From assembly GCF_021869535.1 (NCBI RefSeq), contig NW_026262701.1, forward strand, positions 110,732,001 through 110,796,000: 64,000 nucleotides of DNA. The letters are read 5' to 3'. Shown in pieces: positions 1 through 13,400 of this stretch (the first letter of the stretch is position 1; every line of letters starts with the position of its first letter). The translations under genes were made by a program, and so were the position numbers. The notes below the pieces were generated by a model. It searched no databases. It was given only the letters and a program-made list of their open reading frames with translations, and had not been told where the DNA came from. The DNA is from Mytilus californianus (Eukaryota).

Positions 1-394
1 TGCAATATTTTGAAATGGACATTAGCGACAAGGTTTTTTTTTAATTTCAAGCATATACATTTTAAGACAATTGAGTTGTTAATGAAAACAATGGAATAAT
101 ACTTTGAATAAATTATGCATTTTCATTAATACGTATATAAAATGGAAAAATATTCTGTGAAAAAAACTAAAATTAGAAAATGGAATAATTGTAAATTTAT
201 CACTACAAAAGTATGAAATACTGATTTTTTTGTCATGGGGGTGTTGATATAAAGTCGTGATGATGTATACAAAATGTAAATGTGATATGTGTGCTGTACA
301 ATGTGCACTGAACATGTAAACACAATCAACATGGAAGCACCATTTAGGCTACGGTAAAATAAGCACAAGTTTGTACATGACTAGATTGTAATGA

Positions 395-543
395 ATTATT
401 ACCCTCTATACTGAAAGGATTATGGAAGATGATAAATGATACCTAGTACAGGGGAGATAACTGGATTATTACCCTCTATACTGAAAGGATTATGGAAGAT
501 GATAAATGATACACAGTACAGGGGAGATAACTCGATTATTACA
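395..543. repeat. 70-bp tandem duplication (~2.1 copies) downstream of the cadherin stop
   Basis: ATTATTACCCTCTATACTGAAAGG... starts at 395 and 465, partial at 535. Confidence 0.9.
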
Positions 544-3459
544 CACTTAGATAATTTGAAAAGTTTCTTCTCTTTATAGAATTACTTGGAAGACTAATTC
601 AGTCAGCAATAGTTCATCATTCACTAAATGTGTACCTTCCTTAAATTTAAAAGGAAAAAAAGTTATCTTCACAAACATTTTTCCATTATTCTATTTTAGA
701 AATTAATTCTTCTGCAATATAAATAATTTAATTAAAATAGCCTTAAATGTTCACACAACTAGTCTAATACCAATCCAGTTAATAACAAAAATAATGTTCA
801 AAATAGACCCAGAAGTTAAAAGTAAAGTAGGAGAGGACATGTTTTTTTTAAACTACAAAGTGGAATGCAAGATGATTTTAAGTAACAACATGCAAATCAT
901 AATTAAAACGAATAAATTATTAATAAGATATGAAAAATGATTTAACAATAACTTGCACAATATCTAGCTCAACATGTTTACATCAAGAATATCTCTGTTT
1001 TCACAAAAATTATCATCATACAAAAATTGTGCTCAGTCTTCTTTATTGATGGAAAAAACATTTAAATTCAAAAGATAGAAATTCAATCTGAATAAGAGAG
1101 TTTTGTTTTAATGAAAACAGAGATAATTTTGATTGGCTCACAAAATATTTCCTTTCCTATGTACAAAAGCACACAATTACACAAACACACACTGTTTATA
1201 TTAATAACTTCTTTCATACTTAACTTGCTCCCAATTCTGATAATATATAAATTTGTTTTTAACCACACAGCAAGTATACAAAGAAAAAATCCAATACTGT
1301 TTTCAAACCTTAACATGTGCATTGGAATTTTGCTATTTTAAAAGCCTAATTAATGGAACAGTCAAATGTTCTGTAATAACTTTCAGCACTAAAAATCTAA
1401 GACAAAATATTTTGACTTTCCTGAACAAAATTTAAGTTCATTTAATTCAAGTACAACTATGAATAAATGAAGATGACAACCAAATGACAAAATACCCAAA
1501 AGACATGTAGAGATCATGATACAGTCTTAAACAATTCAAAAGTACATTTATGTTAATTTAATGTAAAAATATGAAATTTAGTTTCAGGTACTTGCTAAAA
1601 TGACAACTTATGATATGAGGTTCAAGGACAGATGAAAAAATCTAAAAATATAGAAAAAGCCAAGGTTTAACTACAATAATACAATCTGAAGAAAAAAAAC
1701 ATGATGCTAACAATTCAAACTTTTCACAACCTTTTTTTCCCACATGTATACATTCTCATGGTACATATATTGATATATTCTCCCAGTAAAGAACCGCAGA
1801 GTCTAGAATTTCAGAACTATACATACATCATAAAATACAACAACCAATGATATCTCAGTGACAAAAATTCTAAACATTTTGGCAATTGACAGCTTGATAT
1901 GTATATGAAGAATGCTAAATATCCCTATATGAATCAGATAATTTCAAACAGCAAATGAAATTCTTGACACATGTACTCGTTTTTGGTATTCAAGCATGAT
2001 TACATACTATATTTTATTTTCTATAAATACAGATTTTTTATCATGGTTTACATTAGAGATTATAACATGTACCTATAAAAGCTAACTACAACTTTAACAT
2101 AAATTTAAAGAACAAAATATTAAAAACAGATTGATTGACGAAGGTTTAATGCTGCTTCAGCTATTCCAAGGCAAACAGATCTAGCATTTATAAACCATAT
2201 GAAAATCTGTAAAAAAAGTTGTTTAGAAAAAAATGTAAAATATTGCCACAACCTTGAAAATAATACTGACTTAAAGAGACATCTGACATTGCTGAGTTAT
2301 TGCAACTAAAAATCTACAATAATAAATATACAACACAACACGACTATGTGATATTGCACTATTCTCACAACCTACACTATTTCGGCAATAAAAAATTTTC
2401 AATTGTTGCCAAGCAGAAAAATAATATTATCTGAAGAGCATTTTCATAAATAACTTTTACTGATATAAAAAAAAATCATACAGCAATAGTTAGCTAAATG
2501 ACAGCACTTTTTTGTAATGCTATTTTTAGTAACATTTTGGCTAAAAACATTCAGATAAAGGCATTACTACTTGTACGACATATATAGAAACCATGGTAAT
2601 CATAGGCAAGAAATTATCAGGCTCTTTAGTCAATGGCTAGGTGGGATATAATAATCAAAAAGGAGACATATTCTCTGATTGTTATCAAACTTGGCTATTT
2701 CCAAAAAACAATGCATGGAAGGGTTGCAGGGCTTTAAATTGAATAACGTATCCATAGTTAAGGTTTTATATCACTTTTTTGAAAACTAATACTTAGTATT
2801 TTTATCAAATTTTCATGTGAAAAAAATCCTTGCAACCCATATACATTTGGCTAAAATACCCATCAATCTGAACATGAAACAGGATAGTTAATCAGGTGTC
2901 ATATAACAAGTTATGGAAGGCATAAATGTCTCATTCGATGTATGATATGATGGTATCAAAAATAGAAAACATTTGGACATGATAATAATAATGATTAACT
3001 ATATGTTGTAACACAGCATCACAATTAATTTGATTTCAAATATATGTGATTATTTTTGGTGTGGTATATTATGTTTCTAACAAACATAACTGATGTAAAA
3101 AAAATTACTTATCTTAACCAAAAATCTTTTATCACATATAACAAATGGTATAAAGATTTATGATTAATTATAACTTTGCTTCTTAAGACTTCCTTTGTAT
3201 GCCAAATAATATACATTTCAACCCTTCTCTGCACAAAAACTTTCAAGTATTTAATTCATTTGTATAAATGTCATTACACAAGTGGACGTCATATAATGAG
3301 TTAAATATTCTAAAACACTAAGTGTTATATTACTGCTTTGATTTATCAGAGACTGATTTTTCACAGGATTTAAATGACTATAAATCAGTATTGTTTTACA
3401 TATAATAAATATAACATGATAGGATATAAAATACCCATAGTATTGAACTGAGATTATCT

Positions 3460-3779
3460 TTACAGCTTTTCTATAAAAGCATGCAAAGCAAATCTTTGAT
3501 CGACTTGCTTGCTATGTTTGCTTGGATGTTTGTAAACAAAAGGGTAGGCGGAGTTTCAGTCTGTTTAATATATACTGGTATTTGATTGGACAATAAACAT
3601 TGATATACAATGTGAAACTTAACATTTAAATGAATTAATGTTTATTGTCCAATCAAATTCCAGTATATAGTAAACAGACTGAAATAGACTACCTACCTGT
3701 TGTTTACAAACATCCAAACAAACATAGCAAGCAAATTGATCAAAGGTTTGCTTTGCATGCTTTTACAGAAAAGCTGTAA
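3460..3779. mobile_element. Palindromic (foldback) MITE-like element, TA-flanked
   Basis: Arms ~3460-3602 and ~3637-3779 are near reverse complements; ends are TA|CAGCTTTT ... AAAAGCTG|TA. Confidence 0.75.
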
Positions 3780-4244
3780 TTAATGTCGTAACAGATATGG
3801 CATCCATTGCCTCCCTTGTCATTTACTTCGGAATGTTATCAAAATTTCCCACTTTATGTAACAATGACTAAATATTAAGATACAAGAAGACATACTTTTC
3901 TATCATCTTTTTGGTATATCTAGTATCATAGATCTAATGTTGCTTGTACATTTCTTTACATAAGAACAGTTTATCTTCTTGCATCACATATTTACAAAGG
4001 AATTTTTCATGTAAAAAAAGTGAAAGGTGTATTTCTATATTAAAGTCACACCTGAAGTTTAACATGTATGAACTGGTTGATTATGACATAAAAGTTTTTT
4101 TAGTGAGATTTGATCTCGTGTGTAAACGCCAACTATGTCCTTAGACACAAGTTGAATACAAATGATTAAAGATGGTCCGAGATTAAATCTCTTCTAGATA
4201 CAATGTAATGATTAGGGGATGCTACTGTCTTTGGTCATCTCATG

Positions 4245-4486
4245 CTACAAATCTTCCTCTCCCCCTCCATACATATCTGCTAACTTAGAAAACTTTGGAC
4301 CCCAGTCTTCTAAATAGTTATAGTCTTGGTCTCCATCAGTAGATGTGTTTAGAGAACTAAGAGAACCAACATCAGTGTCCCCACCCTCGTAAGCAAACTC
4401 CATAACATTATCATGTGGAGGACCATCTTCATCTGCTTTGTCTAGTCTGTCATGAATAAAGTGCTCCACGCCCTCTCCATAAGGTC
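4245..4486 (-). CDS. CadN: Cadherin exon 35 (last coding): beta-catenin-binding domain and stop
   Basis: AG acceptor, phase 1; [13 protein letters not shown]...[19 protein letters not shown]. Confidence 0.95.
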
Positions 4487-7400
4487 CTAAAACAAAATAA
4501 AATCAACTTTTAAGCAACTGAACATATAATTTCTTTTAGAAATATCAACATTTGCACTGTTGTAGTTTCTGTGAAAAAGCGGTACATTTTATTTTCATAC
4601 CACTGTATATCATGTATAACGGTTACCAAGAAACTCTTACAACACAAACAGTACCAGATTTAAACCAAAGATTGATTGCATATGAAATTATTCAACATTT
4701 TTTGTCAATTGACTCATATAGAAAGTTAACAATCAACAAAATCAGCCATTCTTTTTATCAGTTTTTTGTCATTCATACTATTGAAAAACAAATATATAAA
4801 TACGCTTTAAGGTATAGAATAGGATGCAGATGTTGTTAATGAAAAGTGAATATATTCCACATTATAGCATGACAATTTCTAAGTATGTGGTTTTCCTTCT
4901 TTTTTTTTTTGTAAAGGTACATCTAATTTTCAACGTGACCTTAACAAACATGGCACAAGTGAACTGCTTTTATAGATTAACTGAAAGTACATCCATAGAA
5001 AATTTTTCAAGAACTACATAAAGCTGACCATTATTTTGACCTATTTATCCGACACCAGGATCTGATTTTACCTTTCCCATTAGGTAGTAACATGTAACCT
5101 TTGTCCATGTACGGCATATCTGCTCTACGTAATCTAGAAACATCATAAATATCTTTATCCTCTTCACCTATAAAAATCAAAATAATATTCAATGTAGCAA
5201 AAAGTAAAACAAATAAAACATTTTATAAATGATCATAGATACAAACACTAAAATAAAAGTGAAACACAAAACCTTAAGAACAATTAAAGCGAAGTTATGT
5301 AATACTGTCTAAAATGTGATCATCAGATTTAAATAAAAGTTTTGATAACAGAAAATAAGATGATAGATGCCTGTTTAATGTCCATTGGCAAATACATGTC
5401 TATTCAGGGTGAGAGCATAATAATGTGATAGGAATATAGACCCTGCTTTGTACAAGACTAACACACAGAGCCAGGTTTTTAACATGCTTGTTCAAACAGT
5501 AACAGACCGCCCTACCAAGACACATATTCTGACTCTTGAGCTGACCAGTCTTTGCTCTTACTTCTAAATTATGCATGCTTAGCAGAGAAACAACAATTAT
5601 GAAATACCATTTTTAAGTCTTTGGTTTGATCTGGCTAGGGATAGAACCCACGACCTCTCCCACTTGATGCAAGCATGCTACCAAGAGACCACGGTCAGAA
5701 CCAAAGACAAAACATATTTGACAAGTAATTCTATAGTTATGGAGTCTTAAAATTTCATATATACTAAGAATTTGTAATTGGTTATTTTGTTTTAATGAAA
5801 TAAAAGAGGGCAATAACTTGCTTCAAATTTTAGAGTTGAATTAATGATCCTTTAATCAAAAAGGGGCAGAAGATACCAAAAAAGGGGCACTGAAAAACCA
5901 CAAGGCGAAGAAAATCAGACACCATTGCTGAAATAAGTCAACAAAACACTCCACAGTAAAAGATAATTGAGACAAAAATGGAAGGTGAACAAATTAGATT
6001 TACCTGCTCCTTCCTCATCATGATCAATAACATTTTCTCTGATGTCATCATATTGATCATCGTACAGTATAGACTTGTCTCCTTCTCTCTTGTTACACCG
6101 AGTTATTAACAGGAATGCTATTAAAGCTATCACTAAAAATATAAAGTTAAATTTGTTATAAACAGGACTGCTATAAAAGCTATCACTGAAAATATAAATT
6201 TAAGTTTGTTATAAACTGAAGGCTATTAAACCTATCACTGGCAATAGAACTCTTAACAATTTATCATTATCACAGAAATAAATAAGTTTAATGCATTGTT
6301 TTCATACAATAATACTAACAACAATCAACTTGTCAATATATTGGTAGAAGACAGTGAGATATTTATATCAAGAAATAAACTGCCTAGTATAGTTTAAAAA
6401 AACACAATACTTAGATTGAGTTCTTCAATCCATAGTAAATAGGATGTATTATATTATATTTACACATGACTGCAATAATTCTGATAAATATAACAAGACG
6501 AACCTTGAGAAGTTGCTCACTAATGATACCCTCCTATAGTATTTGAATTAACAGGAGGTTGACGAGCAATGGAGATGGAAATTCAAGAAACAGTAAATTC
6601 AGAAATTATTGGTTTGCATGCATAAATTATTGTGATTTTTGAAGAATGGAATGGTAGATCAATTATTGCAGTTTCGGCTAAATCTGCATGAAGATATGTA
6701 TCAGATATCAGATTGTTCTTATTATTGCGATACTAACAGGAAGGACAGACTAAGGTCACATAACCAGACAGTGGTAAACAAGAATATACTGTCCTTTCGA
6801 AGTCTGTGTTTAATGACCAGTAGATCTATGATGCTACAACCTGGTGGATGAGAATGCCTTATATATGCTAGGATAAAGAGTATTATTGCGTAATAGAGGT
6901 ATATTATACTTACATGATACTGCAAATATGCTGACAAATATAATGACCAGTAGTTCTGTTGTGACCCCTCCTTGTGCTACTTCTGCAATGGCTTGTTGAT
7001 TACATAATTCTCCCGTCCATCCAGGTGGACACTTACAACGGAATGTCTTAGGGAATGGAAGCTCTATACACTTTCCTCCTGAATAACAGGGATTCTTTCC
7101 TTTACAATAAAGAATCTTATCACAGGCAACACTAGATATTGGTGTACTGTGATTTGGACATCTAAAGATAAAAAAAAAACCAAAGTAAAAATACATCCAG
7201 TAAAACAAACCAAACGTTTTTTGAAGATTTGTATTTTTTTTAATGATATTAAAAAAAGACGTTGGTGTATGTCAATTAGACAGCAACCCAATGACACAAA
7301 AATCAAAAGACATCTACAAGTCAACATATGGTCTTAACAATAGTGCTGATGCAATGATATCGTCTTACTGTTTACAAATTCATTCTGTATGGTGTTATGT

Positions 7401-10400
7401 TTATTTAATAATGTCTTTCTCTTCATCTACTGTGGATTCATTATTATGCATTGTAGATTTCATGGGTACAGGTGAACCACAAATTTAAATGTTCACAACC
7501 AGTTTCACATTTTCAGTAGGCTTGTATGCAGTGAGGCAAAACCACAAAATTAAATGTCCATCAAAATGCAAGTGTTCCTCAATCCATGAAAATAAGTACC
7601 CACGAATAAAATTAATATGGATATCTATTTCTTTGATCCAGCAATACAGTTCAATACAATTCTGTCTGTTAAGACCATTTGAAAACCACTTTGAACAGCT
7701 TATAGCTTATAGGAAATGGTTGGTGTTTTGAGTGAACTTAAAAATGCAATTTGGTGGGTGGGTTCATTTTCCCAAAGAAATCTTTTATATAACAGAACAT
7801 CTTAAATTATCGGTAGTTCAGAACTTTAAAAAGTGACTCCACAATACAAACACTCGTTAAATTATGGAGCACCTTTCTGTGTCCATGAGTAAAATGAGGT
7901 AAAAACCAATGACAACTGCTTATTAAACATGAGTATACATCTATATAAATGTCTATGTAGTATTTTAAAGTATTATTACCTGCACTCATAGGTGCCCCAC
8001 AATGGGTAACATTCTTTTCTTATTGGTTTGCCCGCTTGACATACAACACCATTGCAGTCAGGTCGATAACATCCCATTCTCACATTAGAACTAATTGTCA
8101 TCACAGCTGCAGGACTTTCGGTACTCTCTTCCATCTTCATAGGGAACCATTTGTTGTCTACTCGAATGTCAGTTACACAGGCTGTGTTGAAAGAAACAAA
8201 TATATGATATGATAAGATAATTCTTACAAAAAAACTTATCTGAGGTTAGAAGAAGAGCAAACTTTAAATCTAATTTGAAGGGAATCTGACAAGAAATATA
8301 ATTCTATCCTGAAGGAAACAAAGTATTGTATACATATGAAATTTGATTGACCATGCACAACAGTATTTTTCAGTCTAATGAAGTTCAATCAATGCCTCAT
8401 TTTAAGATTGCAAATCTCCCAACTTCTGGTGTAGCAACATAATGAAATCACAGGATTTCAATGCTGATTAAAATTAACAAAGATTCTTTTCATCAAATCT
8501 ATTATCTAATTAAGGGATTTTTCTACAACAAAGCTTTGTTTTTTTTAATTTTAACAGAAATGACCTTTCCCAAAATTTCTAGAAAAAATACTTCAAAGAC
8601 CTAAACATTTTCTTTTCACCTGAAATCATATATCAAAACTTAAACTTACTATCACTAAGACCTTTAGCTTCAAATCTTGCATTGGGATCCCACACTACTC
8701 TGGATCCAGACACAATTCGGTCTCTACTTAGCACAAAAAAGTTTCCATTATATGTGTTGTCAAATGTCTCATTGAAGAAGCGGCCTTCACCATTGTCCAT
8801 TTTGAGTTGAATCCACTGTCCAGACCTTGTCAGTGTAACAGTATGCCACTGTCCATTGTTAGCTACGGCTTCTGACAATGCTATAACATTACTAACAGAA
8901 CTATCATGGCTTCCTAGGTTATATCTACCTTGAACATGGTTATTTACAATCTGAAAAAAGGTGTATATACATTTAAGATCTGAATCATTAATGCTACTTA
9001 CGTTTGTCTTGTAAAAGTTGATTATCATAGACTCTTTCAGTCGTCACAACATACCTTTTGCAGCCACATGCCCTATGCTTATTTTTTGGAAAATCGTGTA
9101 CGGATTCCAAATTCTTACAAGCCCTATAGAAATTCCACATGTCTGGTAACATGTGGCCAAGCGTGGAGATTGTTCTTTTCTAGTTGCTGTTTCAAAAAAT
9201 ATTATTACACTAAAAGTCATTGAAGGACTAACCAATGTTCTTGGAAACACTTTATTTTGATTTTCACAAGGAGCTTTTGAAAAATAAATTGGGAGTGTGT
9301 CCATGGGACACAGATGATGCCCCCACTTGCATACAACTTTATAAAGGGACATAACTCAAGAACGGTAAAATTGAAGCTACCCAAATTCGTACTTGATCTG
9401 AGTTTTGTGGTAATAAGCATTGTGTATAAGTTTCATAAATAACATTTGGTTGCTGCTAACTTAAGTTAGAGAACGGAAACGAAAAATTCAGCAATTTTTC
9501 CATTTGTAAAGGGGCATAACTCTGGAATGGTAAAAGTGACGCCACCAAAATTCGAACTTGATCTGTGTTTTGTGGTAATAAGCAGTGTGTAAAAGTTTCA
9601 TAACATTTTATTGAGGCAAACTTAAGTTAGAGAACAGAATGAAAAAGTCAGCAATTTTTCCATTTGTAAAGGGGCATAACTCTGGAATGGTAAAAGTGAC
9701 GCCACCAAAATTCAAACTTGATCTGTGTTTTGTGGTAATGAGCATTGTGTATAAGTTTTATGACATTTGGTTGAGGCAAACTAAAGTTAGAGAACAGAAA
9801 CCAATTTCGGGACGTATGGACGCTATGGGGGGGGCATAAGTATTTGGGTATTAAAACAAAAATTAATTTACTGCTATTCAATTCAATAACGTGTACAGTC
9901 ATCTGAATAATAAAACTAATTTCTACAACTAACAAATGTTCAAATATGTCTTGATAAAGTCTATATTGAAAATGACCAAATGTAAGAAAATTGGTTAACA
10001 CAGGAATGGTTTTTACTGCAAAATAAGTCTTTTCTATCCATACCAATATATCATCGAATTTACATGCAAGTTAAAAGCTGGTTGTCAGTGTACTAATTTT
10101 TTTCTACATGTAATTCTTCAATATCTGAACATGTAACAGCATTAAGACTGAAATAATTTTGACTAAGGACGTTAGCTAATCCCTTTTGAATATTAAGAAG
10201 AGCAAGATCTTACCTCAAGCGTAATAAATTCATTTCCATTAGAAGGAAGATGTAATAATACTCCTCCATCAAAATCTCTAGTCCTGAATCGCAGCTGTAG
10301 ACTTAACTTCTGTGGATGTCTACTCGTTAAAAACTGGTCCTTCAAGTCCCATACCATGAAAGCTGATGTATTGAAATCTCTCACAGTGGTTTCTAAAAAA

Positions 10401-13400
10401 GGTATACAAATATTCATAGCATTCCCAGTCAATTAAATGAAAACAATAAATGAACTATACTTGTTGCCGTTAACAACTTAAGCCATATGAACCCACAGTG
10501 ACTAATTCGAGATTGTATTTTAATGGCAGGGAACAAGACCAGCTAGATAGATAAACTGTCCAATTCATCTATAAACAGAGATTTCATAAAAGAATAGAGA
10601 AACAAAGTAATGAAAGACTTTATATCTGATATCATACTTCAAGTTGATGAGGGGTCTCAGTTGCAGTTTGGTCAAAGTATATCATCAACTGTATCACTAG
10701 CCCATGACAACACTGAGGTTGCAAGTTCGAACCCTGCAAGTGGCAGTTGTGCTCCACTCCAATCTTAATTGACTAGTATTGTCAGTTTTCCTGCTGAAGG
10801 TGGATGGTTTCTCTCTGGGCACTCTGGCTTCCTCCAACAATTATCATTCCTTGCATAACTAATTTCATTGATTTCGTGGGTAAATGTGGACCACAAATTT
10901 AAATGTTCAACAAAGTATAAATTTCTTATAGGAATGTATGCAATATTTGGCAAAACCATGAAATCAAGTATCAACGAAAATAATTTTTTTCTTTAATTCA
11001 CGAAAATTGGTACCCACAAAAATAAATGCATCCACAGTATTAAATTTTTGATAGAATACTTTCAACAGAGTTCACACTTACCAAGCTGACATCTAATCGA
11101 GTTTTTATCTGCAGGCCTATATCCAGGATGACAAACACATTTGACATCATTGTCGTACCAGTTGACCATCTCACAAGTTCCATGTTGTCCACATTTAGAT
11201 ATACTATTGATAGAAGCACGACCACATATAGCATCCTCTCTCTGACATCCATTCTGGTGATTTTCTCCAGGGTGATTCTTACTTGTATGTAAGTCATATA
11301 GCTGAAAATGTAATATGCATATCATAATACTAAAAATGTTATATGTATAATATCATAATACTGAAAATAATAATTTATTTTAAATCAACTGAAGAACATC
11401 TCTTGATCAGCAACAATTTAAGCTCCTGTTCCTTCAAAAAGTGGATCTAAATTCTTCACATTTTAATGAAATTTTATTTTTAAATCTTTCTCACTTTTTA
11501 TATGGTCTCTTTGTATCTAGTAGAACTACAATAATATATCTAAGTCTATTATGAATTATAAAAGTTTCCTTGCTTCACTGTGTTTGTAATCAAGTGTTTT
11601 ATTCACATCAGTTATCAGAAGATCATTCTATGGTTTGTTACAAGTAATCTGAGTTCTCCCTCAGGCAAAGTTGACCATAGATGGATTTTGGCTAATATTT
11701 TAGGTCCTTTATGGTCATACAGCTCTTCAACAGTTTTGGTTCTCATACAACCTCGGCTTTCAAATATTCAGCTTTGAGCGTTCCTGATGAAGGTGAATCC
11801 AGAAAAGTGCTTTGGACACATGAAATTTATAAAGTGATGTTTTTTGTTTTTTTTTATTCTTTAGTATTTACCTCTCCATTGTGGTAGAAGTTCTTTATAC
11901 ATCCATTAAATCTGTGGTTTGTAATCCCCGTAGGAAAGGCTGGTACACTGTATCGTCCACCCATCTGTAATACTGTGTTCACGTTCAGGTATTTGTTACG
12001 TCCCAGTGTCTTACCACTGATCTCACATGACTTCCTGTCTTGAGATGGGCTACTTCCTGTGGTGGCTGATGCACAATGGTCCACAATCATAGTTACATGC
12101 TACAAAAAAATATTTTAACATTGTAAGGTTTTTTGAATTATAGATCAGTGATGTATCCTGTTTTTACGACAATCTGTTTCTTTTAAAAGTTTCACTTATC
12201 AAATGATACAGTCTTTCTGTTATTTACCAGTTTGTTTATGTGACTGTATTCCTGTTCTACATTATTTTCTTTCAAATTACTTTTTAACCACCATCCCTGA
12301 TGCCCTTTCTATCCAAATGGTTTCATAGTTTGATATAGTTTTAGTGTCTTTAATGAATTTTGACAACAAAATTATAAATCTCTACTCCCTTTTACATTTG
12401 TTCATAGAAAAACATTGATTGACTCAATTCCATTCCAATCTAACACAAAAGTATTCATGTCTTTTTGTAAATTTTTCTACTAGAAAAAAGTCCCAAATAG
12501 ATATTAAGAACCACAATTTGCATTAAACTAAAATTCAAACTCATATGTATTTCAAAAGATAAAACATCTGAAATGAATACAAATCTGACCTGTCCTTTCC
12601 TAATAAGATCGATACGACGCCAGGTTCCATCATCTAACCCTTTCATTCTTGTTATACCATCTTTTCCTTTCCCATCCAACTGTAATTTTAAGGTACCAGT
12701 TCCATGATTTATGTACAACACAGGGTAACCATCTCGTAACTCCAAGGATATGAAATCTTTAGGATGATCTGGACTGATTTTATCCACAGGACCATTATAA
12801 AACAATAGTCCATTTTTTTCTTTGGTGACAAATTCTATACTAGTTGTGCTGTCCTCACACTGGGCCAATGGCTGGTATACTGTATAACCACTGTTAAAAC
12901 TATGGTGGGTCTGTTGACAGCGTTTACCATTAAATTCACTATGACACGAACAGCTATAAGTATATAGATTCTTTCTGAGTTAACCATATAAACTATTTTG
13001 ACTACTGTGGATTCATTTATTTTTGTGGATTAAGGGAAAATTGTGTTTTCATGGATATTTGATTTCATGGTTTTGCAAAAGTCTGCATACAAGCCCATAG
13101 AAAATTGTTGTTCGTTGAACATTCAAATTTGCGATTCAACAAAAATTGGTATCCCTGAAATAATAATGAATCCACAGTATTTCATTTTTAGCTTTCTATC
13201 AAATCTGTAATACATAGGGGATAAAATTTTCTCAATAGTCAATATGAAACGAGCCATATCTCCTGGCAAATATATTGTCAAAAATTTTAAATATTTTCAC
13301 TTGCCCATTAAAAGTCAACTGAACATAGAGAAATGTCCCTAGTAAATTCAACATGTTTGAGATTGTCAGCCATTGCAGGAATCAGTGTTTTCCTGTATTA

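Noticed and set aside
2160-2930. Three miR-124-type 6-mer sites (TGCCTT) in the presumed 3' UTR
   Set aside because: Only 6-mers, the UTR extent is unknown, and the count is not convincingly above chance.
5041-5071. Alternative donor extending exon 34
   Set aside because: Adds 31 nt and changes the phase to 2, incompatible with the phase-1 last exon.
6811-6830. 16/17 match (TAATGACCAGTAG.TCT) to exon 32 about 130 bp away
   Set aside because: Too short to call a boundary duplication; not counted in the pattern.
9044-10046. ORFs recurring as MLITTK/WWRHF-type peptides (also 48155-48406 and 55314-55934)
   Set aside because: They are translations of HINE core repeats, with frames broken between copies and no protein motif.
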